This document shows, piece after piece, positions 62,356 to 64,000 of a stretch of 64,000 bases of DNA. The stretch comes from Felis catus (Eukaryota). The stretch is taken from positions 11,408,001-11,472,000 of the forward strand of contig NC_058368.1 of the NCBI RefSeq assembly GCF_018350175.1, written 5' to 3'. The notes under the pieces are model-generated. The model had not been told where the DNA came from. It saw only the letters and a list, made by a program, of their open reading frames with translations, and searched no databases. Position 1 is the stretch's first letter; the number at the start of each line of letters is the position of its first letter. Position numbers and translations under genes: made by a program.

Positions 62356-62730
62356 GCAGAATCTGCCCTTCCGGTTGCTTCCTCAAGCCACACTGCTTTT
62401 TATTTTATTGTTTGAAGGTTTTTTTTTAATATAATTTACTGTCAAATTGGCTAACATACAGTGTATACAGTGTGCCCTTGGTTTGGGAGGTAGATACGTA
62501 AGCGATGAACCACGGGAATCTACCCACACTGCTTTTTAGACCAGTAAAATGATCTAAATTCTTACCTTGATGGAGAGGGGAAGGGGGAGGGAAGGGACTA
62601 GTGAGTGAAGCTAAGGAATCAGAAAGGAAAAAGAGGGTGGAAAGTAGTCAGACTTCCTGCTGCTCTGTGAATGAATACTGGGGAGGCCTGTACTTTCTCT
62701 AAAAGGTGCAAACACTTTGCATTCCAGTCG
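62356..62730 (+). repeat. Local direct duplication B, copy 2 (split by a short L1)
   Basis: Colinear with 59719-60435 once the insertions are removed. Confidence 0.85.
62403..62523 (-). mobile_element. Very short felid L1 3' end with a 5' inversion
   Basis: Antisense T tail and aatttactgtcaaattggctaacatacagtgtatacagtgtg, then sense gtaagcgatgaaccacgggaatctac; 15-bp TSD ccacactgcttttta. Confidence 0.82.
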
Positions 62731-62944
62731 CCATTCTGACTGCTGTCCCCTAAGCATGCACTCCAGTGGTCTCCATGGACAGTCTGAGCTATGTGGAGCA
62801 CAACCGGCCGCTGGATCTTCTGTAGTTCTCTCTCTGTAGATCTCTCTCTTAGTACAGCCTAAGACCGTATTTGCTCAATGGGCAACTGCATTAATGTCAT
62901 CAGGCTTGCCATCGAGTAAAACCTCTGCATTATTCAGACCTCTT

Positions 62945-63345
62945 TGGTGACATTAATCACCTTAAGTGGAAAAGGAATTTATTAACTCTCATGGCTTGGC
63001 TTCAAGCACAGCTGAATTCTAGTACACAAAATGAGGAACTGGGTCCTTAGACTCCCTCTGCCCTTCTCACTGTCCTCGCCTTCCCTTCCCAGTCTTGGCC
63101 CTCCTTTCCTCTCCGGTGATTTCATTCTGAGGCAGACTCTTCTCTTATGAAGCACCAAAAACTTCGAGCAGCTCCAGATTTATATGGTCTTTGGCTCCGA
63201 TGATTTCAGGTCAAAGGCATTCCCTTCCCAACATCTAAAGCAATTCTAGAAGGACTCTTGCTGCACATGTGAGGGAGGCAAAGCCCCACAGTGGGAGAGG
63301 AGCTGTTTCTGAGATAAAAAGAGGGACTGTATTACTGGAAGAAGG
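62945..63345. mobile_element. MLT1-like LTR remnant
   Basis: cttaagtggaaaaggaatttattaactctcat...cattctgaggcagactcttctc motifs. Confidence 0.5.
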
Positions 63346-64000
63346 CCAAATGGGTGGGCGCTGAGCAGAGAACACTTTGCACACGTGCAGGACTCACCTT
63401 CACCCTCCAAGGTTGGAGGAGTGCAATATATAGCACGGGGCCTGCTGGAACATGGCTGGCTCTCAGTAAGGGTTCACTGAGCTGTTAAGAGAGCCTACTA
63501 TACATTCTTAGGGATTTGGAAAAGAGAAGAAAAATAGACATCCCAACACCCATGTTCCTCTGTATGGATTCCTTCCCCGAATTGTAAGATGCCCACTAAA
63601 ACTTAGGGAAATATTTTAGCAAATCTCTTGCCATTCTCCAACATTAAGGTCTTCCTGTCTTTGGCCTTGATAAAATACTGTATTGGGTGTCCCTTCTATA
63701 ATGTGGAAAGAAGAATGCAGTGAGCCAAATTCCATTAAGAAAGAAAAGCTATGAGCACTATTGGCCTCCTAAGCAGTCTCCACGTTAACTTAAATCAGAT
63801 TAAAGGGGAAAAATCATTTTACAGGGTGAGAAAGATTGCTTTAAGAGCATCTCTGAAGTAATTAACATTTTTTAGGCTCTGGCTTACTCTTCCTTTTCAT
63901 TCTCAACTCTCCAATTATCCCGAGACCTAGTTCATCTATGTCATTGGAAAATGTGATGGTTTATGGAAGAATCTCCGTGCTTAAGTGGCTGAAAAATAAG

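Overview
This window is mammalian genomic DNA. The SINEC/Can-SINE and L1_Fc-type repeats point to a felid carnivore. It lies entirely inside the + strand of FRY (furry homolog, the NDR-kinase/MOR2-PAG1 family scaffold). I could splice 26 consecutive internal coding exons (1247-61965; 4174 nt = 1 nt + 1391 codons) into one open frame, from ...ELVEELHPLMKEALERRPE to ...[12 protein letters not shown]. The gene start and end lie outside the window. The introns hold about 16 carnivore tRNA-derived SINEs, L1/L2/MIR/MLT fragments, microsatellites and an antisense processed RPL35A pseudogene. I found no new multi-gene system and no prokaryote-type features. The notable points are splice-site architecture and insertion history: a SINE whose target-site duplication copied a splice donor, a strong in-frame donor 2 nt inside an exon, a GC-AG intron, a possible mutually exclusive exon, two local duplications (one with asymmetric CpG decay), nested inverted SINEs, a twin-primed L1 and a tail-less L1 piece. 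Gene and repeat names come from my recall of the sequences, not from a database search, and boundaries of old repeats are approximate.
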